DNA from: Prevotella sp.
GTDB lineage: Bacteria > Bacteroidota > Bacteroidia > Bacteroidales > Bacteroidaceae
Assembly: GCA_017470345.1 (NCBI GenBank)
Contig: JAFUEP010000010.1
Coordinates: 16,799 to 80,798, forward strand
Direction: 5' to 3'
DNA: 64,000 nucleotides
Numbering within the stretch: the stretch's first letter is position 1; every line of letters begins with the position of its first letter. The notes under the pieces are model-generated. The model made no database searches. It saw nothing but the letters and a program-made list of their open reading frames with translations, and had not been told where the DNA came from. The position numbers and the translations under genes are program-made. Below are positions 39,455 through 48,855 of this stretch, piece by piece.

Positions 39455-39886
39455 GCTCCCCTCCCTTCCAAGGGGAGGGGTCGGGGGTGGGGTCTCTAAC
39501 TTAAACCCATACGCTGTTTATCGCTTTAATAAAAAAACAAGTAAAAACAAAAAAAACAGAAGAAAACAATCATGTTTATCAATATGGTGATAAATGCCCG
39601 AGATTTCAACGCCCCCTGGCCCCCTCTAATCTTAGAGGGGGAGTTGGATAGTACCGTAGAAATAGATGGGCGGAGCGACACCAGCGGATGCGGGTGGCAT
39701 GCACGCTAACTGACTCCCCCTCTAAAATTAGAGGGGGGCAGGGGGGCGTTGAAATCTCGGGAACTTATCGCCACATTGAGTCATGTTTTTCCTTGTTTTT
39801 TTGTTTTTATTTGTTTTTGTGTAGACGCTTTGCGTTGTTGACCCAACTCCTGAGGGGAGATTTACATAGAAAAAGTTAGAGACCCC
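39455..39886. mobile_element. Nested ~400-bp palindromic MITE-like structure
   Basis: Outer perfect 14-bp IR ggggtctctaactt (39489-39502) / aagttagagacccc (39873-39886); A-rich and T-rich arms; inner ~60-bp IR at about 39584-39645 / 39713-39774. Confidence 0.7.
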
Positions 39887-40020
39887 CTTTCTTGCGCCCC
39901 TTCAGTATCAACCGTCCTTCGGTGTGTCGGGTTTTTGCGTTAATCTTCGCAAATCGTTTGCCAGTTACGGGGAAAATCCGTATATTTGCGCTTTAAACAC
40001 AATAATTATCAGAAGCAGAT

Positions 40021-41304
40021 ATGCAGAAATACGATTTCGATCAGAACGTCAGACGGCGCGGCACGGGCTGCGTCAAGTGGGACGAGGTGCCTGAGGGCTT
40101 CACCGCGGAGGAGATGCAGGACGTCGTGCCGCTGTGGGTGGCCGACATGGACTTCGCCGTCGCACCCGCCATCCAGGAGGCCGTCCGGCGGCGCGCCGAG
40201 CATCCCGTCTTCGGCTATACGGTCGTGGGCGACGAGTATTACGACGCCGTCATCGGGTGGTTCCGGCGGCGCCACGGGTGGACCATCCGCCGCGAGGAGA
40301 TCCTCTATACGACGGGCGTCGTGCCCGCCATGTCGGTGGCCATCAAGGCGCTGACGATGCCCGGCGAGCGGGTGCTCATCCTCTCGCCTGACTATAACTG
40401 CTTCTTCTCCTCTATTATAAATAATGGGTGCCAGGTGGGGGAGACGGTGCTAAAGAGCGTAGAGTGTAGAGTGGAGAATGTAGAGTTTGCTACCGCCCTA
40501 AAGGCCACTTCTACAGCGGTAGCAAACTCTACACTCTACACTATGCACTCTACATTTGAGATAGATTGGTCCGACTTCGAGGCGCAGTGTGCTGACGAGA
40601 AGACGACCGTCTTCCTGCTCTGCAACCCCCACAACCCGACGGGGCGCGTATGGACACGCGAGGAGCTCGAGCGGATGAATGACATCTGCCTGCGCCACGG
40701 CGTGAAGGTGGTCTCGGACGAGATACACTGCGAGCTCACGATGCCGGGCTATACGTTCCAGCCGTTTGCCGCCGTCAGCGAGGCGTGCCGGCAGAACTGC
40801 GTCATCCTGAACTCGCCGTCGAAGTCGTTCAACATCGCCGGTCTGCAGGCGGCTAACATCATCTGCGCCAACGCCGAGTGGCGCCACCGACTGAACCGCG
40901 CCATCAATATCAACGAGGTGTGCGACCTCAACCCCTTCGGGCCCGTGGCCCTCGTGGCGGCCTACAACGAGAGCGAAGACTGGATCGACGAGCTCTGCCA
41001 GTATCTCTGGCAGAACTACGTGGCGCTCTGCGAGTTCGTCGCCCGCGAGCTGCCGCAGCTGAGGGTCAGCCGTCTGGAGGGCACCTACCTGCCGTGGGTC
41101 GACGTGTCGGCGCTGGGCGTGCCTGTCGAGGCGCTCTGCGACCGCTTGCTGCGCGAGGGCCACGTCTGGGTCAACCCCGGCACGATGTACGGCCCCGTGA
41201 GCGGCCGCGGCTATATCCGCCTCAACATCGCCTGCCCCCGCGCACAGCTCATGGAGGGGCTTGAAAGAATCGCAAAGGTTATAAAATCAATTAAGGAGCT
41301 ATAG
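40021..41304 (+). CDS. patB: MalY/PatB family PLP aminotransferase (cystathionine beta-lyase-like), with in-frame palindromic insertion
   Basis: PLWVADMDF, LCNPHNPTG, SDEIH, SPSKSFNIAGL, RLNIACPR; -7 element at 39981-39988. Confidence 0.92.
   Translation: MQKYDFDQNVRRRGTGCVKWDEVPEGFTAEEMQDVVPLWVADMDFAVAPAIQEAVRRRAEHPVFGYTVVGDEYYDAVIGWFRRRHGWTIRREEILYTTGVVPAMSVAIKALTMPGERVLILSPDYNCFFSSIINNGCQVGETVLKSVECRVENVEFATALKATSTAVANSTLYTMHSTFEIDWSDFEAQCADEKTTVFLLCNPHNPTGRVWTREELERMNDICLRHGVKVVSDEIHCELTMPGYTFQPFAAVSEACRQNCVILNSPSKSFNIAGLQAANIICANAEWRHRLNRAININEVCDLNPFGPVALVAAYNESEDWIDELCQYLWQNYVALCEFVARELPQLRVSRLEGTYLPWVDVSALGVPVEALCDRLLREGHVWVNPGTMYGPVSGRGYIRLNIACPRAQLMEGLERIAKVIKSIKEL
40459..40553. 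repeat. 7-bp-period palindrome in-frame within patB
   Basis: 38-bp arms matching at 34/38 with a 19-nt loop; units of the agtgtag type. Confidence 0.92.
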
Positions 41305-41310
41305 AGACCA

Positions 41311-41456
41311 TGTAACGCTTCGCGTCTTACAAAAACCAATGAAAACAAATAAAACAAATGAAAATAATGATGTCTTGAATGTATAGAATCATAAAAATGG
41401 TTTTGATAGGTTTTTATTGTTTTTATTTGTTTTTGTAAGTCCGCTTTGCGGTTACA
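41311..41456. repeat. A-rich/T-rich palindromic element (9-10 bp aaaacaaat units)
   Basis: tgtaac...cttacaaaaac ... gtttttgtaag...gttaca. Confidence 0.75.
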
Positions 41457-41501
41457 GGGGCACTACGAATAATGCGGAACTTTTAAAACTAACAACAGTA
41501 T

Positions 41502-43490
41502 ATGGAAGAACAGATCAAGAGTCAGCTGCCCGAGAATGCGTTTCGGGAGTTGCATGAAGGAGAACAGTATGAACCGCTGATGTCGCCTGGCGGACAGTAT
41601 CCCGAGGTGACCGGCTGGTCAGTGACGTGGGGCGTGTTGATGGCCGTCGTCTTCTCGGCCGCCGCCGCCTATCTGGGGTTGAAGGTGGGCCAGGTGTTCG
41701 AGGCCGCCATCCCCATCGCCATCATCGCCGTGGGACTGTCGACGGCCACGAAGCGGTCGCGGGCCCTGGGCGAGAACGTCATCATCCAGAGCATCGGCGC
41801 CTGCTCGGGAGCCGTCGTGGCCGGTGCTATCTTCACCCTGCCCGCTATCTATATCCTGCAGGCCAAGTATCCCGAGATGTCGGCCTCGTTCATGAAGGTG
41901 TTCATGGCGTCGGCCCTGGGCGGTTGTCTGGGCATCCTGTTCCTCATCCCCTTCCGCAAGTATTTCGTTAGCGACATGCACGGCAAGTATCCCTTCCCCG
42001 AGGCCACGGCCACGACGCAGGTGCTCGTCAGCGGTGCCAAGGGCGGCGATCAGGCCCGTCCGCTGCTCATGGCCGGACTCATCGGCGGTCTGTACGACTT
42101 CATCGTGTCGACCTTCGGCTGGTGGAACGAGAACGTGACGACGCGCATGGTGGAGTGGGGCGCCGACGTGGCCGACAGGGCCAAGCTCGTGTTCAAGGTC
42201 AACACGTCGGCCGCCGTGCTCGGTCTGGGCTATATCATCGGACTGAAGTATGCGCTGTTCATCTGCCTCGGCTCGCTGTTCATCTGGTGGCTCGTCGTGC
42301 CCGCCATCGGCCTGCTGTTCCACGACCAGGTGCTCACCATCGGCAGTGCCACGGCCTCGATGACCGTCGGCGAGATGTCGCCCGAGCAGATCTTCACCAC
42401 CTATGCCCGCTCCATTGGCATCGGCGGCATCGCCATGGCCGGCATCATCGGCATCGTCCGCTCGTGGGGCGTCATCAAGAGTGCCGTCTCGCTGGCCGGC
42501 CGTGAGCTGAAGGGCGGCGCCGCAGGCGGGGCAGAGGCCACAGCCCGCCGCACCCAGCGCGACCTGTCGTTCAAGTTCATCGGGCTGGCCTCGGGCGTGG
42601 CCCTGATTGTGACGTTCGTCTTCTTCTGGCTGGGCGTGATGCACAACGTCTGGTTTGCCGTCGTCAGCATCCTCCTCACCACCGTCATCGCCTTCCTCTT
42701 CACCACCGTGGCGGCCAACGCCATCGCCATCGTCGGCTCCAACCCCGTCTCGGGCATGACGCTCATGACGCTCATCCTGGCCTCCGTCGTGCTGGCCGGC
42801 GTGGGACTGAGCGGCACGGAGGGCATGGTGGCTGCACTGATCATGGGCGGCGTCGTCTGCACGGCCCTGTCGATGGCCGGCGCCTTCATCACCGACCTGA
42901 AGATCGGCTACTGGCTGGGCTCGACGCCCCGCAAGCAGGAGTCGTGGAAATTCCTCGGCACGCTCGTCTCGGCAGCCACCGTCGGAGGCGTCATCATGCT
43001 GCTCAACGAGACCTATGGCTTCGCCTCGGGCGAGCTGGCCGCACCCCAGGCCAACGCCATGGCTGCCGTCATCGACCCGCTGATGAACGGACAGGGCGCA
43101 CCCTGGCTGCTCTACGCCATCGGCGCCGCGCTGGCCCTGGTGCTGACGCTCTGCAAGGTGCCGGCGCTGCCCGTCGCCCTGGGCATGTTCATCCCCCTGC
43201 AGCTCAACATGCCGCTGCTCATCGGCGGTGCCATCAACTGGTATGTGACCACCCGCTCGAAGGATAAGGCCACGAACGGCGCACGCGGCGAGCGCGGCAC
43301 CCTCATCGCCTCGGGCTTCATCGCCGGCGGCGCCCTGATGGGTGTGGTCAGCGCCCTGATGCGCTTCGGCAACCTCAACTTCGTCTCTGAGGCATGGATG
43401 CAGAACCCCCTGTCGGAGCTCTGCGCCCTCGTGGCCTACATCTGCCTGATCGCCTACTTCATCCGGGCGACGAAGACTGCCAAGGCATAA
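41502..43490 (+). CDS. Oligopeptide transporter, OPT family
   Basis: YLGLKVGQVFEAAIP, ENVIIQS, PFPEATAT, DLKIGYWLG, APQANAM; many TM helices. Confidence 0.93.
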   Translation: MEEQIKSQLPENAFRELHEGEQYEPLMSPGGQYPEVTGWSVTWGVLMAVVFSAAAAYLGLKVGQVFEAAIPIAIIAVGLSTATKRSRALGENVIIQSIGACSGAVVAGAIFTLPAIYILQAKYPEMSASFMKVFMASALGGCLGILFLIPFRKYFVSDMHGKYPFPEATATTQVLVSGAKGGDQARPLLMAGLIGGLYDFIVSTFGWWNENVTTRMVEWGADVADRAKLVFKVNTSAAVLGLGYIIGLKYALFICLGSLFIWWLVVPAIGLLFHDQVLTIGSATASMTVGEMSPEQIFTTYARSIGIGGIAMAGIIGIVRSWGVIKSAVSLAGRELKGGAAGGAEATARRTQRDLSFKFIGLASGVALIVTFVFFWLGVMHNVWFAVVSILLTTVIAFLFTTVAANAIAIVGSNPVSGMTLMTLILASVVLAGVGLSGTEGMVAALIMGGVVCTALSMAGAFITDLKIGYWLGSTPRKQESWKFLGTLVSAATVGGVIMLLNETYGFASGELAAPQANAMAAVIDPLMNGQGAPWLLYAIGAALALVLTLCKVPALPVALGMFIPLQLNMPLLIGGAINWYVTTRSKDKATNGARGERGTLIASGFIAGGALMGVVSALMRFGNLNFVSEAWMQNPLSELCALVAYICLIAYFIRATKTAKA

Positions 43491-43530
43491 GCACCTCCGC
43501 TGACCGCCAGAAACAAGGCAATCATTCTTG

Positions 43531-43599
43531 ACCACGAATTTCACAAATTACACGAATCATGAACGCGCATTCATTCGTGTAATTTGTGAAATTCGTGGT
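43531..43599. repeat. Gene-less hairpin made of GxxExxY cassette 1 termini
   Basis: Perfect 27-bp IR accacgaatttcacaaattacacgaat / attcgtgtaatttgtgaaattcgtggt. Confidence 0.9.
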
Positions 43600-43622
43600 T
43601 TAATAATATAAGTCGTACTAAG

Positions 43623-44825
43623 TTATTTGCGCATCATCCTGCGGAGCCGGCGGATCATGTAGATCTGGAGAGCCCACAGAGCCGCAGAGATGATGGTAAA
43701 GCCGGTGGACATGAAGGTCAAGGTCGTGTCGTCCAGCGTGGTATCCTTGCTATAGTTGCCAGTGATGTCGACATAGGCTATGCGGAGCAGCATGGCGGTG
43801 TTGACGATGAAGCCGAACCAGAGCAGCCCCATCACGACCTTCTGCCATCGGCGCTGTCCGGCGGTCAGTGCCGGCCGCTTGGTGAAGACGACGGCGAAGA
43901 TCTTGAAGCTGATGGCGACCAGGGCGATGAAGACGATGCCGAAGACCACGTAGACCCAGGGCTTGTGATCGTTTTCGGCAGCCCCCACGACGAGGCTTGC
44001 GATGACGGCCAGGATGGTCAGCTCGATGATGGTCAGTCCGAGCAGTGGCAGCATGCGCCAGAGGGTGCCCCCCAGGCTGTAGCCGAAGAGCTGGTGATAG
44101 ACCACGACGACCTGTCCGGCGAAGATGACGAGCGAGACGCACATCAGGAGGTCGTCGCTGGCGTCGCCCAGCATGAGAGGATACTTGAGGATGGCGAAGA
44201 GGAAGACGAGGACGAGGAAGAGGGTGCTGTTGAACACCTGTATGAAGAATCCCTGTGGCAGCGAGTGGCACGTCTGTCGCGGCGAGTGTCGGAAGACGAT
44301 CCAGGTGGGCAGGATGAGCAGCGAGAAGATGAGAAGCACCGACCAGTCGTAGTGGCTCTCAAACCAGGCGAAGAAGCGGTCGATGATGGTCGACGAGCTG
44401 GTAGCGACGGTCTCTGCGGTCTTGGCGGTCTCGCTGGAGTCTGTGCTGCCGAAGACGTTGAGGCCGAGCAGATGGTCTAAGATATAGATGATCATGGCGG
44501 TGAAGACGAGCATCTTCACCGGCGGGAAGCTCACCTGGCGCCGCCCGCTGATGTAGTCGCTGATGAGGTAGCCCGGGCGCCAGAGCAGCTGCCAGATGGT
44601 GAACGGCATCGACCGCGTGCCCACGCCCCATAGGTCCATGATGCCCTCGCGGATGCTGTCCCACGTGACGGCCCCTACGCTGTGGCGCTGTCCGCAGCAG
44701 GGACAGTAGTTGCCCGTGAAGGTCCGTCCGCAGTTCTTGCAGACGTGCTGTTCGTCGCTCATGCGGAAGCGCCGTGCCTCCTGCTGTCGCCGCCAGAACT
44801 TCCTGTAGGTCTCACGAAAACTCAT
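43623..44825 (-). CDS. DUF3667 domain membrane protein
   Basis: Zn ribbon CKNCG...YCPCCGQ; LLWRPGYLISDYISGRRQVSFPP; several TM helices. Confidence 0.85.
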   Translation of the reverse strand: MSFRETYRKFWRRQQEARRFRMSDEQHVCKNCGRTFTGNYCPCCGQRHSVGAVTWDSIREGIMDLWGVGTRSMPFTIWQLLWRPGYLISDYISGRRQVSFPPVKMLVFTAMIIYILDHLLGLNVFGSTDSSETAKTAETVATSSSTIIDRFFAWFESHYDWSVLLIFSLLILPTWIVFRHSPRQTCHSLPQGFFIQVFNSTLFLVLVFLFAILKYPLMLGDASDDLLMCVSLVIFAGQVVVVYHQLFGYSLGGTLWRMLPLLGLTIIELTILAVIASLVVGAAENDHKPWVYVVFGIVFIALVAISFKIFAVVFTKRPALTAGQRRWQKVVMGLLWFGFIVNTAMLLRIAYVDITGNYSKDTTLDDTTLTFMSTGFTIISAALWALQIYMIRRLRRMMRK

Positions 44826-44840
44826 GGCTCTTTTTAAGCT

Positions 44841-44970
44841 AAGTGAATAGTGAACAGTGAATAGTGAACAGTTATGATTACCAAATTCCTCAATGTGGCA
44901 CTATCTAAGCTCTAACAAGCTGCAAGTCTAATCATAACTATTCACTATTCACTATTCACTTTTCACTGTT
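44841..44970. repeat. 7-bp-period palindrome (agtgaat/attcact)
   Basis: aagtgaatagtgaacagtgaatagtgaacagttatgatta ... taatcataactattcactattcactattcacttttcact. Confidence 0.9.
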
Positions 44971-44982
44971 AATCATCATTCC

Positions 44983-46719
44983 TCACCTCAGTCCCATGCG
45001 GGCCTCGACGACGTTGACGACGTAGTCGCCCAGCTTCTCGCACTCGTTGATGAGGTCCATGTAGATGGTGCCGACGGCGTAGGTGTACTCGTGGTTGTTG
45101 ATGTCGACGATGTTCTGCTGCTTGAGCTGGTTGCGGAAGTTGTTGATCTCGTTCTCGATGTTGAACGTGTTGTTGACGTTGTAGCTCTCCTTGCGGCCCA
45201 TCATCAGCAGGTTCATCTGCGTCAGTGCCTGGTCGGTCAGACCCATCATCTGGTGCAGGTGGTTGTAGAGGTTCTCGGTGAAGTGGTCCTCCTTGGCGCT
45301 GTACTTGCGGTTGATGGTGCGGGCCATGTTGTAGCAGGCGTCGCCGATTGACTCGAGCTCCGAGATTTCGCGGAGCATGGCGCGGATCTTGGCCTTCGTC
45401 TCGTCAGAGAGGTGGGCGTCGGAGACCTGGTCGAGGTATTTGGCGATCTCGAGCTCCATGTTGTCCGAGATGTCCTCATACTTCTCGATGCGGGCGAAGA
45501 GCTTCTTGAACTGCTCCATCTCCTTGTCGCCGTGCTCCTTGCCGCCGATGCTGCTGGAGAAGTCGAGCAGGTCGGTCACCATGCCGAACATGCGCTGCAT
45601 GCGCTCCGAGAACGACTGTATCTCCTTCTGAGCCTCGAAGACGGAGAGCTCCGGCGTCTTCATGAATCCGGCGGTGATGAAGTGGAGGCGGAAGTCTTCC
45701 TCCTCGTCGACCTTCTTCGGCTTGATGACCCAGCAGACGAACCGCTCAATCTGCGGGATAAACCAGATGAGGATCATCGTGTTGGCCACGTTGAACGTCG
45801 TGTGGAAGGCAGCCAGCACGAAGCTCAGCTTGGCGGCGTTGGCCAGGAAGGCAGCGGCGCCCGCCGTCTCCTTGGTCATCTCGACGTCGTAGCCCACCCA
45901 TCCGCAGACCATGTCGATGAAGGGTCGGAAGACGAAGAGGATCCAGACGACGCCGAAGACGTTGAAGAACATGTGGGCCAGTGCGGCGCGGCGTGCCTGC
46001 GTGTTGGCCGAGAGGGCTGCCAGGTTCGACGTGACGGTCGTTCCGATGTTCTCACCCATGACCAGTGCGATGCCCTGATAGATGGGCAGTGCTCCGCTGG
46101 AGCAGAGGATCATCGTGATGGCCATGACGGCAGCCGACGACTGTACGCAGAAGGTCAGAATGCCGCCCAGGACGAGGAAGACGATCGTGGTGAGGAACGA
46201 GTCGGGGTTGAACGAGGCGAAGAAGTCGAGCAGCATCTGGTTCTCGCCCAGGTGCATCTCGGCGCCCGTGGCGCGCAGCGTGCCCAGTCCGAGCAGCAGG
46301 AAGCTGAGTCCGAAGAGGAAGTCGCCGATGTATCGGTAGCGCTTCTGATAAATGAGCACGATGCCGATGAGGAAGGCGGGGTAGACCGCCATCGTGATGT
46401 CGAACGACATACCTGCCGACATGATCCATGCGGTCAGCGTCGTGCCGATGTTGGCACCCATGATGACCGAGATGGCCTGCGCCAGCGTCAGCAGTCCGGC
46501 GTTGACGAACGAGACGGTCATCACCGTGGTGGCCGTCGACGACTGCACGGAGGCCGTCACCAGCATACCCGTCAGCATTCCCGTAAAGCGATTTGTGGTC
46601 ATGGCTCCCAGCACATGTCGAAGCTGCGAGCCGGCCATCTTCTGTAGGGCGTCGCTCATGGACTTCATACCAAACATGAGAAGTGCGAGCGATCCGAGAA
46701 GTTTTAGAATGATCAGCAT
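44983..46719 (-). CDS. Na+/Pi cotransporter family protein with PhoU domains
   Basis: VQSSTAT/VQSSAA and GANIGTT/GENIGTT repeats; ELESIGD, ECEKLGD. Confidence 0.93.
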   Translation of the reverse strand: MLIILKLLGSLALLMFGMKSMSDALQKMAGSQLRHVLGAMTTNRFTGMLTGMLVTASVQSSTATTVMTVSFVNAGLLTLAQAISVIMGANIGTTLTAWIMSAGMSFDITMAVYPAFLIGIVLIYQKRYRYIGDFLFGLSFLLLGLGTLRATGAEMHLGENQMLLDFFASFNPDSFLTTIVFLVLGGILTFCVQSSAAVMAITMILCSSGALPIYQGIALVMGENIGTTVTSNLAALSANTQARRAALAHMFFNVFGVVWILFVFRPFIDMVCGWVGYDVEMTKETAGAAAFLANAAKLSFVLAAFHTTFNVANTMILIWFIPQIERFVCWVIKPKKVDEEEDFRLHFITAGFMKTPELSVFEAQKEIQSFSERMQRMFGMVTDLLDFSSSIGGKEHGDKEMEQFKKLFARIEKYEDISDNMELEIAKYLDQVSDAHLSDETKAKIRAMLREISELESIGDACYNMARTINRKYSAKEDHFTENLYNHLHQMMGLTDQALTQMNLLMMGRKESYNVNNTFNIENEINNFRNQLKQQNIVDINNHEYTYAVGTIYMDLINECEKLGDYVVNVVEARMGLR

Positions 46720-46752
46720 GTCTTAAAACTATAAGATGAATGTTTGCGGTTG

Positions 46753-46811
46753 CAAAATTACTAAAAAAAATCTAAATCACATACTATTTTGAAAGATTAT
46801 TTGTAATTTTG
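46753..46811. promoter_or_regulatory. Divergent -7 elements (TAATTTTG on each strand)
   Basis: 46753-46760 on minus and 46804-46811 on plus. Confidence 0.6.
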
Positions 46812-46835
46812 CGCTCAAGGACAATATATGAACCT

Positions 46836-48500
46836 ATGAACCAGACAGTCAGAATACGTATCAAGAACCTCGGAACGAGCATGGACGTGCCCATGGGCAC
46901 AAAGCTCGACGAGGTCTATCAGATGGCGGGGCTGCGTCTGCCCCACGGGCCCATCGTGGCCAAAGTGAACAACAAGGTGGAGGGCTTGCACTTCCGCCTG
47001 TATAAGCCCAAGGACATCGAATTCCTCGACATCACGTCGGCGACGGCCCTGCGCACCTACACCCGCACCCTCTTCTTCATCCTCTCTAAGGCGGCCCACG
47101 ACCTCTTCCCCCAGTGCCGCGTGTCGATCGACATCCCCGTCTCCAACGGCTACTACGTCGACCTGCAGCTCGGCCGCCCGCTGACGCTCGACGACGTCGG
47201 CCAGCTGCGCCGCCGCATGCAGGAGATCATCGACCAGGACCTGCCCATCCACCGCCATGAGACGACTACAGACGAGGCCATCGAGCTGTTCCGCCAGAAC
47301 GGCGCCACGTCGAAGGTGAAGCTGCTGCGCTCGCAGGGCAACCTCTACACGACCTACTACGACCTCGACGGCTACGAGGACTACTACTACGGCGCCCTGC
47401 TCACCCGCACCTCGCAGATCTACCTCTTCGGCCTCGAGAAATACTTCGACGGCGTGCTCCTGCGCATCCCCTCGACCGAACACCCCGAGGAGCTGGGCGA
47501 GCTGGTGCATCAGGACAAGATGTTCGGCATCTTCAAGGAGCACCACAGATGGCAGGACCTGCTCGGACTGCGCACCATCGGCGACCTCAATGAGGTCATC
47601 GACCAGGGACGCTCCAGCCTCCTCATCATGGTCAGCGAGGCCCTGCAGGAGAAGAAGATAGCCAAGATTGCCGACGAGATAGCCAAGCGCCGCGACGAAG
47701 TGCGCATGGTGCTCATCGCCGGACCCTCCTCGAGCGGCAAGACGACCACCTGCAAGCGTCTCTCCGTGCAGCTGCTCACCAACGGCATCAAGCCCGTCCC
47801 GCTGTCGCTCGACGACTGGTTCCTCGACCGCGACAAGACGCCCCGCGACGCCCATGGCGACTACGACTTCGAGAGCATCTACGCCCTCAACCTGCCCCTG
47901 CTCAACGAGCAGCTCGCAGCACTCTTCCGCGGCGACGAGGTGGAGCTGCCCCGCTACGACTTTCCCACGGGCCGCAGCGTCAGCAGCGGCCGCCGTCTGC
48001 GACTGAAGGACAACGAGGTGCTCGTCGTCGAGGGCATTCACGCGCTCAACCCCGAGCTGACGGCCCAGATTCCCGACGAGCTGAAGTATCGCGTCTATGC
48101 CTCGGCCCTGACCACCATCCTGCTCGACAACCACAACTACGTGCCGACGACCGACAACCGGCTACTGCGCCGCATCATCCGCGACCACAAGTATCGCGCC
48201 GTCTCGGCCCAGGAGACCATCCGCCGCTGGCCCTCCGTGCGGCGGGGCGAGAACAAGTGGATATTCCCCTTCCAGGAACAGGCCGACCAGATGTTCAACA
48301 CGGCCATGCTCTTCGAGCTCGCCGCCATCAAGAGCCAGGCCGAGCCGCTGCTCGAGCAGGTGCCCGAGAGCTGCGAAGAGTATGCCGAGGCCTACCGTCT
48401 GCGCAAGTTCCTGAGCTACATCCACCCCATGCCCATGGACCAGGTTCCGCCCACCAGCCTCCTGCGCGAGTTCATCGGCGGCTCGTCGTTTAAGTATTAA
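46836..48500 (+). CDS. Nucleoside (uridine) kinase with ThrRS-like N-terminal domain
   Basis: P-loop AGPSSSGKTT, SLDDWF, VEGIHALNP, RLLRRIIRD. Confidence 0.9.
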   Translation: MNQTVRIRIKNLGTSMDVPMGTKLDEVYQMAGLRLPHGPIVAKVNNKVEGLHFRLYKPKDIEFLDITSATALRTYTRTLFFILSKAAHDLFPQCRVSIDIPVSNGYYVDLQLGRPLTLDDVGQLRRRMQEIIDQDLPIHRHETTTDEAIELFRQNGATSKVKLLRSQGNLYTTYYDLDGYEDYYYGALLTRTSQIYLFGLEKYFDGVLLRIPSTEHPEELGELVHQDKMFGIFKEHHRWQDLLGLRTIGDLNEVIDQGRSSLLIMVSEALQEKKIAKIADEIAKRRDEVRMVLIAGPSSSGKTTTCKRLSVQLLTNGIKPVPLSLDDWFLDRDKTPRDAHGDYDFESIYALNLPLLNEQLAALFRGDEVELPRYDFPTGRSVSSGRRLRLKDNEVLVVEGIHALNPELTAQIPDELKYRVYASALTTILLDNHNYVPTTDNRLLRRIIRDHKYRAVSAQETIRRWPSVRRGENKWIFPFQEQADQMFNTAMLFELAAIKSQAEPLLEQVPESCEEYAEAYRLRKFLSYIHPMPMDQVPPTSLLREFIGGSSFKY

Positions 48501-48541
48501 AAAGCCTCCCCCAACCCCCTCCCAAGGAGGGGGCTTTTTTT
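48501..48541 (+). terminator. Terminator-like hairpin formed from a CCCCTCCC element
   Basis: aaagcctcccccaaccccctcccaaggagggggcttttttt directly after the stop codon. Confidence 0.6.
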
Positions 48542-48561
48542 GAGGTAACCATACTCCCTTC

Positions 48562-48604
48562 TTTCTTGCGTCCCTTCGGTAGCAAGCGAGCAGAGCTCGA
48601 GCGC
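48562..48604 (+). repeat. 43-bp dispersed repeat, copy 2
   Basis: Identical to 18337-18379. Confidence 0.9.
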
Positions 48605-48702
48605 TAAGGAGAGAAGTAAGGTCAGACCTGCTATTCCCCCCCCCCCCCCTTTTTTTTGTGTCCTTTTGTAAACTTTATTGACAGTATTTAGGGATAAAAT
48701 TA

Positions 48703-48826
48703 TAACCAATTGATTATCAGACGATTTGTGGAATTGCAAAAAAAGAAGGGCCGCTTTTCGATGCGAGAAGCGGTCCTTTTTGAGTCGAAAAGCGGCACTT
48801 CTTGAAGCGAGAAGCGGTGCTTTTCT
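48703..48826. repeat. 22-bp-period palindromic element, copy 3
   Basis: taaccaattgattatcag, then four aagcggtgctt-like units with central ttttgagtcgaaaagc. Confidence 0.8.
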
Positions 48827-48855
48827 CGGAAAAATAGTCGGATTGTAAAATAAAT

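Noticed and set aside
39300-39879. Short ORFs (39300-39590, 39688-39879) and similar ones at 1261, 18412, 18491, 20566, 20592, 48497, 62541
   Set aside because: They are translations of the palindromic repeat elements.
48636-48657. C14-T8 homopolymer as a phase-variation switch
   Set aside because: Lies between convergent gene ends, not in a promoter or ORF.
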